Below, one piece after another: positions 1 to 9,398 of a stretch of DNA of 64,000 nt. Source of the DNA: Christensenella sp. UBA6094 (GTDB lineage Bacteria; Bacillota; Clostridia; Christensenellales; UBA6094); the NCBI GenBank assembly GCA_002435915.1, contig DIWY01000004.1:138053-202052 (forward strand), written 5' to 3'. The notes under the pieces were generated by a model that worked only from the letters and a program-made list of their open reading frames with translations, was not told the origin of the DNA and made no database searches. The stretch's first letter is position 1; the number at the start of each line of letters is the position of its first letter. The translations under genes were made by a program, and so were the position numbers.

Positions 1-722
1 TTTGGCGCTACACCAGTTTTCTTATCATCATGAAGAAGGTCATCAACCGTATACATCTTCATTCCTTTGTTTTCTATTGTATCTACATATAGTCCATCAT
101 GCCCAAGAGGTTTTAGGTTTTCTTTGGCAAGCTCTTTTTCTTCTCTTTTTGTTTGTATAAAATCTTTTTGCTTATCAATAACTGTTTTCATTTTATCTGC
201 ACCGTCAGTTAGCATCTTCTTAAGTGAAAGTTTAGTGACGATTATTGCACACGCAAATATTATAGTTGCTAGAATTAAAATAGCACCTAACACACCCAAG
301 TACTTTAAAAAAGGATATGCAACGAGCGCCGAGAAACCTCCACCGCCATAAATATTCCCTGCGTGATTAACTGTATATGCGCTTATAACATAATCTCTAA
401 ATGCATCAGCCGGCTCATTGATCGTTAAGATAATATGCAATAATGGAAGAATACTGATTGAACCAATACATGTAACTACAACTTTTAAAACATGAATGTA
501 CTTTTTGCGTGACACCACGAACATAGCTCCAAGGATTATTGATAGGAATGGTAATATATATCCAAATATTCCAAAAACGCCAAACAAAACAGGTTTAACT
601 GCTTCGCCAACTATACCAGTAGAATTAGTAAATATAGCAAGTAGCGTGAAAACGCCAAGCGCTATTACTGTAAGTCCGATTATTTCTCTATTTGTAGCTG
701 TTTGTTTTGAAACTCTTGGCAT
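1..722 (-). CDS. ftsK: DNA translocase FtsK/SpoIIIE, N-terminal membrane part (gene continues beyond left edge)
   Basis: Absent from the ORF track because there is no stop in the window. ATG at 722-720 is preceded by GGAG. My translation MPRVSKQTATNREIIGLTVIALGVFTLLAIF...GVFGIFGYILPFLSIILGAMFVV... gives about 4 hydrophobic helices and then a charged linker, as in FtsK N-termini. Its position after tepA-ylzJ matches Firmicutes synteny. Confidence 0.7.
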   Translation of the reverse strand, partial: MPRVSKQTATNREIIGLTVIALGVFTLLAIFTNSTGIVGEAVKPVLFGVFGIFGYILPFLSIILGAMFVVSRKKYIHVLKVVVTCIGSISILPLLHIILTINEPADAFRDYVISAYTVNHAGNIYGGGGFSALVAYPFLKYLGVLGAILILATIIFACAIIVTKLSLKKMLTDGADKMKTVIDKQKDFIQTKREEKELAKENLKPLGHDGLYVDTIENKGMKMYTVDDLLHDDKKTGVAP

Positions 723-856
723 TAAAAAACCACTCCAACGTTATATTTATTATCATCATATAATAACATTTTTGTGGCACTTTATCAATTTTATTCGAGT
801 ATCATTTATGCGATTTATGGCAAGTAGAAGAATCTTTCTATATTAAAGCGTATATT

Positions 857-1081
857 TTAGTTGTATAGATTTATTACACTACCCGGAGCAATTGATGCGT
901 CAAGATACACTTCAGGTTTTGTTGTGATAATACGTTCAATAATAAATGTATTATCCTTTTGTCTATGTCCTGTTACTATCATACCTTTGTATGATATCTC
1001 TTCCACAGAATTTTGCAATTCGACTTTTTTTATATTTTCAAAAATTAGTTCGGGTTTCACTATCGTATATAATAGGCTCAT
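857..1081 (-). CDS. YlzJ-like small protein
   Basis: 74 aa with a 4-nt ATGA overlap with the upstream ClpP-like gene. The tepA-ylzJ-ftsK order is typical of spore-formers. Confidence 0.6.
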   Translation of the reverse strand: MSLLYTIVKPELIFENIKKVELQNSVEEISYKGMIVTGHRQKDNTFIIERIITTKPEVYLDASIAPGSVINLYN

Positions 1082-1827
1082 TTATGCTTCTCCTCAATCA
1101 GTTGGTTCAGTTTTTTGAGTGATGTGCTAAGTCCTCCCACTTCATTAATAAGACCACATTCAACAGCTTCTTTTCCAAGTAAAACTGTTCCGATGTCATT
1201 CATCATATCTCCAGTGTTCATCATAAGTTCATTCAGTTTTTCTCTTTTGATATTGGAATGGGTTACGATGTAAGTTACCACACGCTCCTGCATCTTATTG
1301 AAGTACTCATACGTCTGAGGCACGCTAATTATGAGTCCATTCATTCGTATAGGATGTATTGTCATTGTGGCTGTTTCGGAAATATATGAGTAATTTGCAC
1401 TAACTGCTAAAGGTACACCTATAGAATGCCCGCCGCCCAATACCAACGCAACTGACGGTGTCTCCATGCTAGCTACCATTTCTGCTATCGCAAGCCCAGC
1501 TTCAACATCTCCACCAACAGTGTTCATTACAAGCAACAATCCCTCGATCTCTTTGCTTTGCTCAATAGCTATAAGCTGGGGTATTACATGTTCGTATTTT
1601 GTTGTCTTGTTCTGTGGTGGCAAAAGCATATGCCCCTCTATCTGCCCGATAATAGAGAGACAGTGTATTCTGCTTTCTGTAGCTTTTGGAAGACGAGTTG
1701 ACCCAAAATTTTCTAATGTTTCTCCCGCAGATTCCGGATTTGGTTCATGCTCTGTTTCAGATTTAATATTTTCTTTATTCGCTTCATTATCATTTGAGTC
1801 TTTTAAACTGTTATTAATTAAAAGCAT
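1078..1827 (-). CDS. ClpP-family serine protease, TepA-like
   Basis: ClpP-like core (IIGQIEGH..., [23 protein letters not shown]) follows an acidic N-terminal extension. I prefer the start at 1827 (AAGGAG then ATG, MLLINN...) over the longest ORF start at 1884. Confidence 0.8.
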   Translation of the reverse strand: MLLINNSLKDSNDNEANKENIKSETEHEPNPESAGETLENFGSTRLPKATESRIHCLSIIGQIEGHMLLPPQNKTTKYEHVIPQLIAIEQSKEIEGLLLVMNTVGGDVEAGLAIAEMVASMETPSVALVLGGGHSIGVPLAVSANYSYISETATMTIHPIRMNGLIISVPQTYEYFNKMQERVVTYIVTHSNIKREKLNELMMNTGDMMNDIGTVLLGKEAVECGLINEVGGLSTSLKKLNQLIEEKHK

Positions 1828-1891
1828 TGTTTGCTCCTTTACTGTTTCTAATAGTATTAGCAAACATAAAAAAAATAAGCGCATAAAGCAC

Positions 1892-2281
1892 TTATTTATC
1901 TGTAGTTTTTATAAATTCTTCTAAACTGTACCCAGGCTTTTCTGATTTTCCTCTTTGCCTATCAAAATTTTCTTTGTTTTTATCAAGATATAAGTTAAAA
2001 AGCTCTTCCGCCGTCATATCCATCTTTAAGCACATAGATACGAAAAAGTGAAGTATATCAACAAGTTCACCTTTAACTTTACTCTCATCTATTACTTTAT
2101 TGTTCTTCCACCACTTAAAGTTAACTTCGTCAATAAGTTCTGCAAGCTCTGAGAGCATCGCAAGTGTCTCTTTTTGGATCCATTGATCTTTGCTTATGCC
2201 ACCTAGACCTCTAGTAATTTCGATTTCTTTATCGAACGCACCTTGCATCTTAAATATTATCTCTAGTTTATCTTTATCCAT
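1892..2281 (-). CDS. dimeric dUTPase-like / all-alpha NTP pyrophosphohydrolase (MazG-like superfamily)
   Basis: Motifs [15 protein letters not shown] and [12 protein letters not shown] resemble the dUTPase_2 family. Start assumed at MDKDKLE. Confidence 0.6.
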   Translation of the reverse strand: MDKDKLEIIFKMQGAFDKEIEITRGLGGISKDQWIQKETLAMLSELAELIDEVNFKWWKNNKVIDESKVKGELVDILHFFVSMCLKMDMTAEELFNLYLDKNKENFDRQRGKSEKPGYSLEEFIKTTDK

Positions 2282-2305
2282 TTTAAAACCCCACAATACA
2301 AAAAA

Positions 2306-3535
2306 TTATATCTTTAGCTCTGTTTTACCAATTACAGCACTACAAAGAATGTCAACATTAAATACTTCAGGCAGTATTGAAATAACGCTATCAATATTCA
2401 CAGCATCTATTTTTGCAATAGTTTCGTCAATACTACGTATCTTCTCTTGCAGTAGTAACGACTTTCCTAACGCATTCATACGATTTGAAGTGCTCTCAAG
2501 ACCCATAATATAGCTAGCTTTCATCTGTTGTTTTGCTCTTAAAAACTCATCTTTGTCAATTGATTTATTCTTAATATCAGCAAATTCCTTGTATATCAGC
2601 TCAATTACTTGCTGGGCTTGGCGGTCTCCTGTGCCTGCATATATACCAAATAGTCCAACATGACTATAAGCCGAAGCATATGAGTACACAGAGTAAACAA
2701 GACCTTTTTTTTCTCTAATGTTTTGAAATAATCTTGAGCTCATTCCACCGCCAAACAGATTGCTAAGAGCGATAAGTGGATATGTTTTGTCGTCTTCCAT
2801 CCGATATCCTGGTAATGCTAAACAGATATGTGTTTGCTCAGTATCTTTTTGTTTGAATATATTGTTTTTCTGCGGTGCAAAAGCTAGTGGTAGAGATTCT
2901 GCCTTCTTGCCTTCAATACAACTTAAGCTTTTTTCTAAAAGCTCTAGCATATGATCTTTATCATATTTACCTACAATTGATACTACCATGCTTTCCGCTA
3001 CATAGTGTCTATTTAGATAGTCCATTATCATATCTCGAGACAAAGAAGTTACACTTTCTCTTGTGCCAAGAATGGGTCTAGCAAGCGGATAATCTCGATA
3101 GTAACTTGCAGCAAGCATATCATGTACAAGATCTTCAGGAGTATCTTCTACCATACCGATCTCTTCAATGACAACACCTTTTTCTTTTTCCATCTCAGCT
3201 TTATCAAACATACTGTTGCAAACAATATCGCACAAAATATCTGTCGCTGCATCAACATAGTCGCTTATCGTCTTAACGTAATAGCATGTACATTCTTTAG
3301 CTGTAAAAGCATTGATCTGACCACCAATAGCATCCATTTCATAAGCTATAGCAGTTGCATCTCTCTTTTTTGTGCCTTTAAACATCATGTGCTCAATGAA
3401 ATGAGATATGCCGCCTTCGTTTTCTCTCTCATAAAGTGAACCGGATTTTACCCAACAACCTATGGTCGCAGAAGATACGTGCTCCATCTGCTCACCAATT
3501 ACTTTTATACCATTGCTTAATGTTTCTATAAACAT
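2306..3535 (-). CDS. M16 family zinc peptidase (insulinase-like)
   Basis: Inverted zinc motif HFIEHMMFKGT. About 410 aa. Located downstream of pnp as in Bacillus/Clostridium. GGAGGA precedes the ATG at 3535. Confidence 0.85.
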   Translation of the reverse strand: MFIETLSNGIKVIGEQMEHVSSATIGCWVKSGSLYERENEGGISHFIEHMMFKGTKKRDATAIAYEMDAIGGQINAFTAKECTCYYVKTISDYVDAATDILCDIVCNSMFDKAEMEKEKGVVIEEIGMVEDTPEDLVHDMLAASYYRDYPLARPILGTRESVTSLSRDMIMDYLNRHYVAESMVVSIVGKYDKDHMLELLEKSLSCIEGKKAESLPLAFAPQKNNIFKQKDTEQTHICLALPGYRMEDDKTYPLIALSNLFGGGMSSRLFQNIREKKGLVYSVYSYASAYSHVGLFGIYAGTGDRQAQQVIELIYKEFADIKNKSIDKDEFLRAKQQMKASYIMGLESTSNRMNALGKSLLLQEKIRSIDETIAKIDAVNIDSVISILPEVFNVDILCSAVIGKTELKI

Positions 3536-3593
3536 AGCATCCTCCAACATTTCTTTTCTAATGATAAGGTACGCTAAAACTATTAATTTAATT

Positions 3594-3628
3594 CAAAAAT
3601 AAGGCACAACGCAGAAAAGCATTGTGCC
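3594..3628 (-). terminator. Rho-independent terminator after pnp
   Basis: On the minus strand the stem GGCACAA/TTGTGCC (3603-3609 / 3622-3628) is followed by TTATTTTT. Confidence 0.55.
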
Positions 3629-3643
3629 GTTACTTAAGTATTT

Positions 3644-5743
3644 TTAGTTTTCTGCTTTAACAGGGCTTGGAAGCAAGTCTTTTCTAGATAAGCTGATCTT
3701 GCCCATCTTATCCATTTCAACTACTTTAACCATAATCTCATCACCTAATGAAACGACATCTTCTACTTTTTCAACGCGCTCATTTGCAAGTTTGGAAATA
3801 TGTACCATGCCATCTTTACCAGGAGCAAATTCAACTATAGCACCAAAAGGCATTATACGAACAACTTTGCCTAGGAATATATCGCCAACTTTTATAACTC
3901 GTACAATAGACTCGATCATGTTTTTAGCTTTTTGAGCAGCTGCTTCATCCGCTGTTGCAAGGAATACGCGGCCATCATCTTCGATGTCAATCTTAACGCC
4001 AGTTTCGCTTATGATTTTATTGATCATCTTGCCGCCAGGTCCGATTACTTCTCTTATCTTATCTGGGTCAATAGTGAAACGAATTATCTTCGGAGCAAAC
4101 TCTGATAGATTAGCTCTTGGCTCAGATAATGTTTCTGCCATCTTGCCTAATATATGTAATCTGCCAATTCTAGCTTGTTCAAGTGCTCTTTGTAATATGT
4201 TTCTATCAATGCCCTTAATCTTTATATCCATTTGTATAGCAGTGATACCTTTTTCAGTACCAGCTACTTTAAAGTCCATATCACCTAAGAAATCTTCTAG
4301 ACCTTGAATATCAGTTAGTATAGCAACTGTATCTGAGTCTGGGTTTTTAATAAGACCCATAGCAATACCAGCAACTGGAGCAATAATTGGCACACCAGCA
4401 TCCATAAGAGATAATGTGCTTCCGCATACACTTGCCATTGAAGTAGAACCGTTTGAACTAATTACTTCAGAAACAAGCCTGATTGCATAAGGAAAATCTT
4501 CTTCGGATGGTATCATAGGTTCTAGAGCACGCTCTGCAAGAGCACCATGTCCTATCTCACGTCTGTTAGGGCCACGCCTTGGTTTTGCTTCGCCAACACT
4601 GTAAGGTAGCATGTTGTAATGATGCATATAACGTTTGGAATCTTCAATGCCTAAGCCATCAAGCTTTTGAACATCACCCATTGCGCCAAGTGTAGCTATT
4701 GTCATTACTTGTGTCTGGCCTCTAGTAAATACTGCACTACCATGAGGACGTCTTAGAATGCCGACTTCAGACCAAATAGGTCTAATTTCGTCTTGCTTTC
4801 TTCCGTCTGGTCTTACACCACCTAGTATTTTTTCGCGCACTAGCTCTTTTGTGATATTGTAGATAATTTTGCCTACTTGTTCTTTATATTCAGGATATTC
4901 GCCTTCGAACATAGCCCAAACTTCAGCTTCAACTAGTGCAGATCTATCTTGTCTTTCGTCTCTATCAAATGTATCAAGGCTCCATCTAAGCTTTTCAGTT
5001 GCAACTTCGCGAACTTTTTCGTTTAGTTCTGGATCAATAGTTTTCAGAACTGGAACTAGCTTCTCTAGGCCAATTTCAGCGACGATCTTTTCTTGGAATT
5101 CAACTATTTGCTTTATGTATTCATGTCCAAATAGTATTGCTTCAAGCATTTGATCTTCCGATACTTCTTTAGCACCACATTCAACCATCATAACAGCATC
5201 TTTTGTTCCTGATACAACAAGATGTAATAAGCTCTTTTGAGTTTGCTCAGTGTTAGGGTTTAAAACATACTCGCCATCAACGAAACCAACTATAACTGAG
5301 CCTGTAGGGCCAGCAAATGGTATGTCTGAGATACTAAGAACTATTGAAGAACCTATCATCGCATATGTTTCAGGTGGAATATCTGTGTCCACTGATAAAA
5401 CAGTTGCAATAATTTGCACGTCATTGTAATAGCCCTTTGGGAATAATGGACGAATTGGTCTGTCGATCATTCTAGCGGTTAATATTGATTTTTCGGTAGG
5501 TCTACCTTCTCTTTTGATAAAACCTCCAGGTATTTTGCCTACTGAATACTGTTTTTCTTCAAATTCGATACTTAGCGGAAAAAAATCCATGCCTTCTCTT
5601 GGTTTTTCTGAAGCAGCAGCCGCTACGATTAAAGCAGTATCGCCACATCTTATTATACAAGAGCCATTAGCTTGTTCAGCATATTTACCTGTTTCAACAA
5701 CAAGTTTTTTCCCACCTAAGTCCATCTCATAGACTTTATGCAT
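3644..5743 (-). CDS. pnp: polyribonucleotide nucleotidyltransferase (PNPase)
   Basis: 699 aa with two RNase PH domains and C-terminal KH and S1 domains ([15 protein letters not shown]). Sits immediately downstream of rpsO. Confidence 0.97.
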   Translation of the reverse strand: MHKVYEMDLGGKKLVVETGKYAEQANGSCIIRCGDTALIVAAAASEKPREGMDFFPLSIEFEEKQYSVGKIPGGFIKREGRPTEKSILTARMIDRPIRPLFPKGYYNDVQIIATVLSVDTDIPPETYAMIGSSIVLSISDIPFAGPTGSVIVGFVDGEYVLNPNTEQTQKSLLHLVVSGTKDAVMMVECGAKEVSEDQMLEAILFGHEYIKQIVEFQEKIVAEIGLEKLVPVLKTIDPELNEKVREVATEKLRWSLDTFDRDERQDRSALVEAEVWAMFEGEYPEYKEQVGKIIYNITKELVREKILGGVRPDGRKQDEIRPIWSEVGILRRPHGSAVFTRGQTQVMTIATLGAMGDVQKLDGLGIEDSKRYMHHYNMLPYSVGEAKPRRGPNRREIGHGALAERALEPMIPSEEDFPYAIRLVSEVISSNGSTSMASVCGSTLSLMDAGVPIIAPVAGIAMGLIKNPDSDTVAILTDIQGLEDFLGDMDFKVAGTEKGITAIQMDIKIKGIDRNILQRALEQARIGRLHILGKMAETLSEPRANLSEFAPKIIRFTIDPDKIREVIGPGGKMINKIISETGVKIDIEDDGRVFLATADEAAAQKAKNMIESIVRVIKVGDIFLGKVVRIMPFGAIVEFAPGKDGMVHISKLANERVEKVEDVVSLGDEIMVKVVEMDKMGKISLSRKDLLPSPVKAEN

Positions 5744-5774
5744 TTTTTCCTCCTATGTTATAAAAGCATTGAAA

Positions 5775-5797
5775 ATAGAGCGGTATTACCGCTCTAT
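5775..5797 (-). terminator. rpsO-pnp intergenic hairpin (terminator / processing site)
   Basis: ATAGAGCGG-TAAT-ACCGCTCTAT, followed on the minus strand by TTTTCAATGCTTTT. This is the classic position of the rpsO terminator hairpin. Confidence 0.6.
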
Positions 5798-5801
5798 AAT
5801 T

Positions 5802-6065
5802 TTACTTTCTTAAGTTCAAGTTAACAAGTGTAGTTCTGTAGCGCTCGATATCTTTATTCTTAAGATAATTCAAAAGACCTCTACGTTTACCAACCATCTT
5901 TAATAGACCTCTTCTTGAGTGATGGTCTTTTTTGTGAATTTTCAAATGTTCGTTTAATTGGTTAATACGATCTGTAAGTAGTGCGATTTGTACTTCAGGT
6001 GATCCTGTATCCCCTTCATGTACTTGATTCTTAGTAATGATTTCCGTTTTTGATATTTTATCCAA
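5802..6065 (-). CDS. rpsO: 30S ribosomal protein S15
   Basis: [53 protein letters not shown] lies 7 nt before the TTG at 6065, giving 87 aa. The longest ORF start at 6098 is probably too far upstream. Confidence 0.93.
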   Translation of the reverse strand: MDKISKTEIITKNQVHEGDTGSPEVQIALLTDRINQLNEHLKIHKKDHHSRRGLLKMVGKRRGLLNYLKNKDIERYRTTLVNLNLRK

Positions 6066-6156
6066 GTGTAATTCCTCCATAATTTTTATATGCCTCAAAG
6101 CAAAGAAACGCGTTGGAGTATCGCTGTACCTTGCAATGGGTATTTATACATTTGTT

Positions 6157-6185
6157 ATTGTAACACAGCTAAATTCGTTTGTAAA
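6157..6185 (-). promoter_or_regulatory. candidate sigma-A promoter for rpsO
   Basis: On the minus strand: TTTACA, 17 nt spacer, TACAAT. A leader of about 90 nt follows before the rpsO RBS. Confidence 0.4.
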
Positions 6186-6190
6186 CGCTA

Positions 6191-7132
6191 TTAAGGCTTA
6201 ATTATATGAAAGTATTCTCTAGCAGCATCAACGTCTTTAGCTATTTGTGCCTTTAAAAGATCGAATGAATCAAATGTCTTTTCATCTCTGATTCGAGTGA
6301 GAAAATCAACTTTTATCTCTTCACCATATAGAGTTCCAGTATAGTCTAGTAAATATGTTTCAATTTTCAATTTATGTTCGCTGCTTTTAACTGTTGGATT
6401 ATAACCTACGTTTGTAATGGAAGGAATAATCTTTTCATCAACAGTAGTTTTCGTAATATATATACCTGTTCTAGGTAATATCTTATGTGTATCATAGTTT
6501 ATGTTTGCAGTTGGGAAACCCAATGTGTTGCCAATACGTCTACCTTCTATAACATTACTTTCAATACTATAAGGTTGTCCAAGCAATACATTTGCGCTTT
6601 CCATATCTCCGTTAGCAATTAAATCTCTGATATAACTGCTACTTATAGGTATTTTACCAGACAAAATCGGTTGCAGTATTGTAACTTCAACGCCCTTTTT
6701 TTCTAGTTGATCTTTAAGTGTTTTTGCATTACCCTTAGCGCCTAACCCAAATGTAAAATTAAAACCGACAACAACATGTTTTAATGGAAAATCATTTAAT
6801 AGATTTTTTATGAATTGCTCACATGTAATATCAGCATATTTTTTATCAAAATGTTTAATATAAAGATAATCCAGGGGAAGTTTCGAAATAGCTTCTTCTC
6901 TTTCTTTTAGAGTCATAATAAATTTTACTTTATCATCGCCATAAAGAACATTTAAAGGTTGATTATCAAAAGTATAGACAAGTGTATTTAGATCTTTTTC
7001 TTTAGCGATCTCAATTAATCTATTTAATAGCATAGTATGCCCATTGTGAACACCGTCAAATGTCCCAAGAGCTATTGCTAGACCTTTTTTAGTTATATTT
7101 AGATATGTCAATTCTTCTCTTAAGATTTGCAT
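6191..7132 (-). CDS. ribF: bifunctional riboflavin kinase / FMN adenylyltransferase
   Basis: GTFDGVHNGH and GFPTANI motifs. 313 aa. Located downstream of truB. Confidence 0.95.
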   Translation of the reverse strand: MQILREELTYLNITKKGLAIALGTFDGVHNGHTMLLNRLIEIAKEKDLNTLVYTFDNQPLNVLYGDDKVKFIMTLKEREEAISKLPLDYLYIKHFDKKYADITCEQFIKNLLNDFPLKHVVVGFNFTFGLGAKGNAKTLKDQLEKKGVEVTILQPILSGKIPISSSYIRDLIANGDMESANVLLGQPYSIESNVIEGRRIGNTLGFPTANINYDTHKILPRTGIYITKTTVDEKIIPSITNVGYNPTVKSSEHKLKIETYLLDYTGTLYGEEIKVDFLTRIRDEKTFDSFDLLKAQIAKDVDAAREYFHIIKP

Positions 7133-7135
7133 ATT

Positions 7136-8050
7136 TTACCCCACATTTATATTAAGTAATTTATCTATTCTTATTATATCTTCTTCTAGGCTAGCAACGC
7201 CATAAAACACACCGTTGCAATAGCATTTATATACGTTTTTATTTAGGGTATCTTTATCAATAACTGCCATATCAATTGGAATTTTACGCCCGTTTTTAAC
7301 GTATATTTCGTATTCGGAGTTAACATGAATTGCTGGGTAGTTTAGAAGTGCATTTTCCATTGAAATAACTGTATTATTTAAACAGTCAGCTTCTTTTCTA
7401 AGCTTTAATTCGTCTATGGTATATGCTTTTTCTATCTCAAAATCGCCGCTTTTTGTACGCACAAGAGCGCCCATATGCGCAGGTACACCAATACTCTTGC
7501 CCAGTTCATGGCAGATTGATCTAATATATGTACCTACCCCACAGTCAATTTTCAGTAAAAATATATTTGGGCTTAGCATGCAGAGTACTTCAATTGCATT
7601 TATATGAATGTTTTTAGTAAGGTCGATTATTTCGTTACCATTTCTCGCTAAATCATAGAGCTTTTCACCATTAACTTTTTTAGCTGAAAATGCCGGAATT
7701 AACTGAGTAATATCTCCAACAAACTGCTGGGTAGCTTTAGTTATTTCTTCAATGTCCACAATCTTATCTGAAGTTTCGGTAACAGTTCCATAATTATCAT
7801 ATGTGTTTGTTGAAGTTCCAAAAACAATATGCGCATAATAGACTTTCTGTTTTTCCACAAGGTATTCTGATAGCCTAGTAGCTTTACCTATGCAAATAGG
7901 TAAAACCCCAGCAGCTCCAGGGTCAAGAGTGCCTGTATGTCCCACTTTTTTTGTGTCAAATATTTTTCGTAGTGCATTAACAACACCGTGAGAGGACATG
8001 CCTGGAGGTTTTAATACGTTAACTACACCTGAAAATGGAATGTTATTCAT
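7136..8050 (-). CDS. truB: tRNA pseudouridine(55) synthase
   Basis: GHTGTLDPGAAGVLPI catalytic motif. 304 aa. Confidence 0.95.
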   Translation of the reverse strand: MNNIPFSGVVNVLKPPGMSSHGVVNALRKIFDTKKVGHTGTLDPGAAGVLPICIGKATRLSEYLVEKQKVYYAHIVFGTSTNTYDNYGTVTETSDKIVDIEEITKATQQFVGDITQLIPAFSAKKVNGEKLYDLARNGNEIIDLTKNIHINAIEVLCMLSPNIFLLKIDCGVGTYIRSICHELGKSIGVPAHMGALVRTKSGDFEIEKAYTIDELKLRKEADCLNNTVISMENALLNYPAIHVNSEYEIYVKNGRKIPIDMAVIDKDTLNKNVYKCYCNGVFYGVASLEEDIIRIDKLLNINVG

Positions 8051-8996
8051 GGAGAAGCCTCTCAGCCGAACTTATTAAATCAGCCTTTATCTCGTTAAAA
8101 TCGCCAGCGATTGGACAACCAGCAGCTCTAACGTGTCCGCCACCGCCATAAACTTGCGCTATACTGCCAACATCAGCGTATAACTTGGAACGCATGCTAA
8201 TTTTATATTTGTTATTATTCATTTCTCTAATGAAAATGGCAATTTCTACTGTATCTATATCTCTAATATAATCAACTATGCTCTCGCAATCCTCAGGTCT
8301 AACGCCCAATGCAGCAAGGTCGCTTTGCTCGATATAAATCAACCCAATTTTATCATCAAAAAACAGTTCTAATTTCGATATTGCTAAACTAAGGAGTCTA
8401 GTTTTTCCTAAACTTCTGCTGTTCATTAGTTGTGACGATAATCTAGCTACATCTATACCAAGCTCTATAAATTCACAAGCAAGCAAATGACACTTTGGTG
8501 TAGTATTTGAGTATGAAAAAGATCCTGTATCTGTAGAAATAGCCGTATAAAGATATGTTGCAATTTCAAGGTTGATTGTGATAACTAGCTGTTTTAGTAA
8601 TTCATGAATTATTTCACCTGTTGAGGATGCATGCCCTTCAACATAATTGTATGTTGCATATGAAGGGTTGCTAAAATGATGGTCTATATTAATAGTTGTA
8701 GGCGACTTTTCAAATTGCAGTCTACTTCTACCCATTCGTTTAAAATCAGCGCAGTCAATTGCTATAGAAACTGGAGCAGTTTGTGCTTTTTCTGGAGCCA
8801 CAATACTGTATTTTTCGTATAGAAATTCATAATGTTTGGCAGGAGTATCATCGCATATCAATGTTGAGTTCTTGCCCATTGACAAAAGGGATGCATGTAA
8901 CGCCAAAGCAGATCCAATAGTGTCTCCATCTGGCGAAACATGCATATATAAGTTAAATGTATTATTTTGTTGTATTGTGTTTATTATTTTGTTCAT
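8043..8996 (-). CDS. nrnA: DHH/DHHA1 phosphoesterase (nanoRNase NrnA-like)
   Basis: HVSPDGDTIGS, IDHH and GGGH motifs. Sits between rbfA and truB. Confidence 0.85.
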   Translation of the reverse strand: MNKIINTIQQNNTFNLYMHVSPDGDTIGSALALHASLLSMGKNSTLICDDTPAKHYEFLYEKYSIVAPEKAQTAPVSIAIDCADFKRMGRSRLQFEKSPTTINIDHHFSNPSYATYNYVEGHASSTGEIIHELLKQLVITINLEIATYLYTAISTDTGSFSYSNTTPKCHLLACEFIELGIDVARLSSQLMNSRSLGKTRLLSLAISKLELFFDDKIGLIYIEQSDLAALGVRPEDCESIVDYIRDIDTVEIAIFIREMNNNKYKISMRSKLYADVGSIAQVYGGGGHVRAAGCPIAGDFNEIKADLISSAERLLHE

Positions 8997-9013
8997 TATC
9001 CTTTAATTATTTC

Positions 9014-9376
9014 TCACTTATCTTCATCTGTGTCAGTCTTAATGCTATTGAGCATCTTTTCCATATGAACTGAATATTCAATAGATGTATCTTCAACAAA
9101 TAGTAAATGAGGTAACTTTCTAATTTTAATTTTTTTGCCAAGCTCACGGGTGATAAAGCTTCTTGCACCTTTTATTGCATCCATTGTCTCTTTTTTGATC
9201 TTAGCATCGCCAAGTATGCTTAAATGAACCTTGGCAGAAGATAGGTCTCCAGCTAAATCTACTCGAAGAACGGACACAAGCGAAGACATACGCGGATCTT
9301 TTACCTCAAAGAGAATAATATCACCAATAGCTTTTTTGATTTCCTCGCTCATTCTGTCTAATCTAACAGAAGCCAT
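9014..9376 (-). CDS. rbfA: ribosome-binding factor A
   Basis: 120 aa. RLDRMSEEIKKAIGDII..VKDPR. Located downstream of infB. Confidence 0.93.
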   Translation of the reverse strand: MASVRLDRMSEEIKKAIGDIILFEVKDPRMSSLVSVLRVDLAGDLSSAKVHLSILGDAKIKKETMDAIKGARSFITRELGKKIKIRKLPHLLFVEDTSIEYSVHMEKMLNSIKTDTDEDK

Positions 9377-9398
9377 TTATATCACGCCTTTTGTATAT

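Noticed and set aside
1466-1924. Antisense ORFs of 60-175 aa opposite tepA, polC (18359..18841), rseP (20220..20687), yitT (43489..43947), birA (47212..47694), polA (59459..59986) and many others in the track
   Set aside because: Each lies fully inside a well-supported conserved gene on the other strand. Their composition is the Ser/Ile/Leu/Phe-rich pattern typical of antisense AT-rich coding DNA, and they lack an SD.
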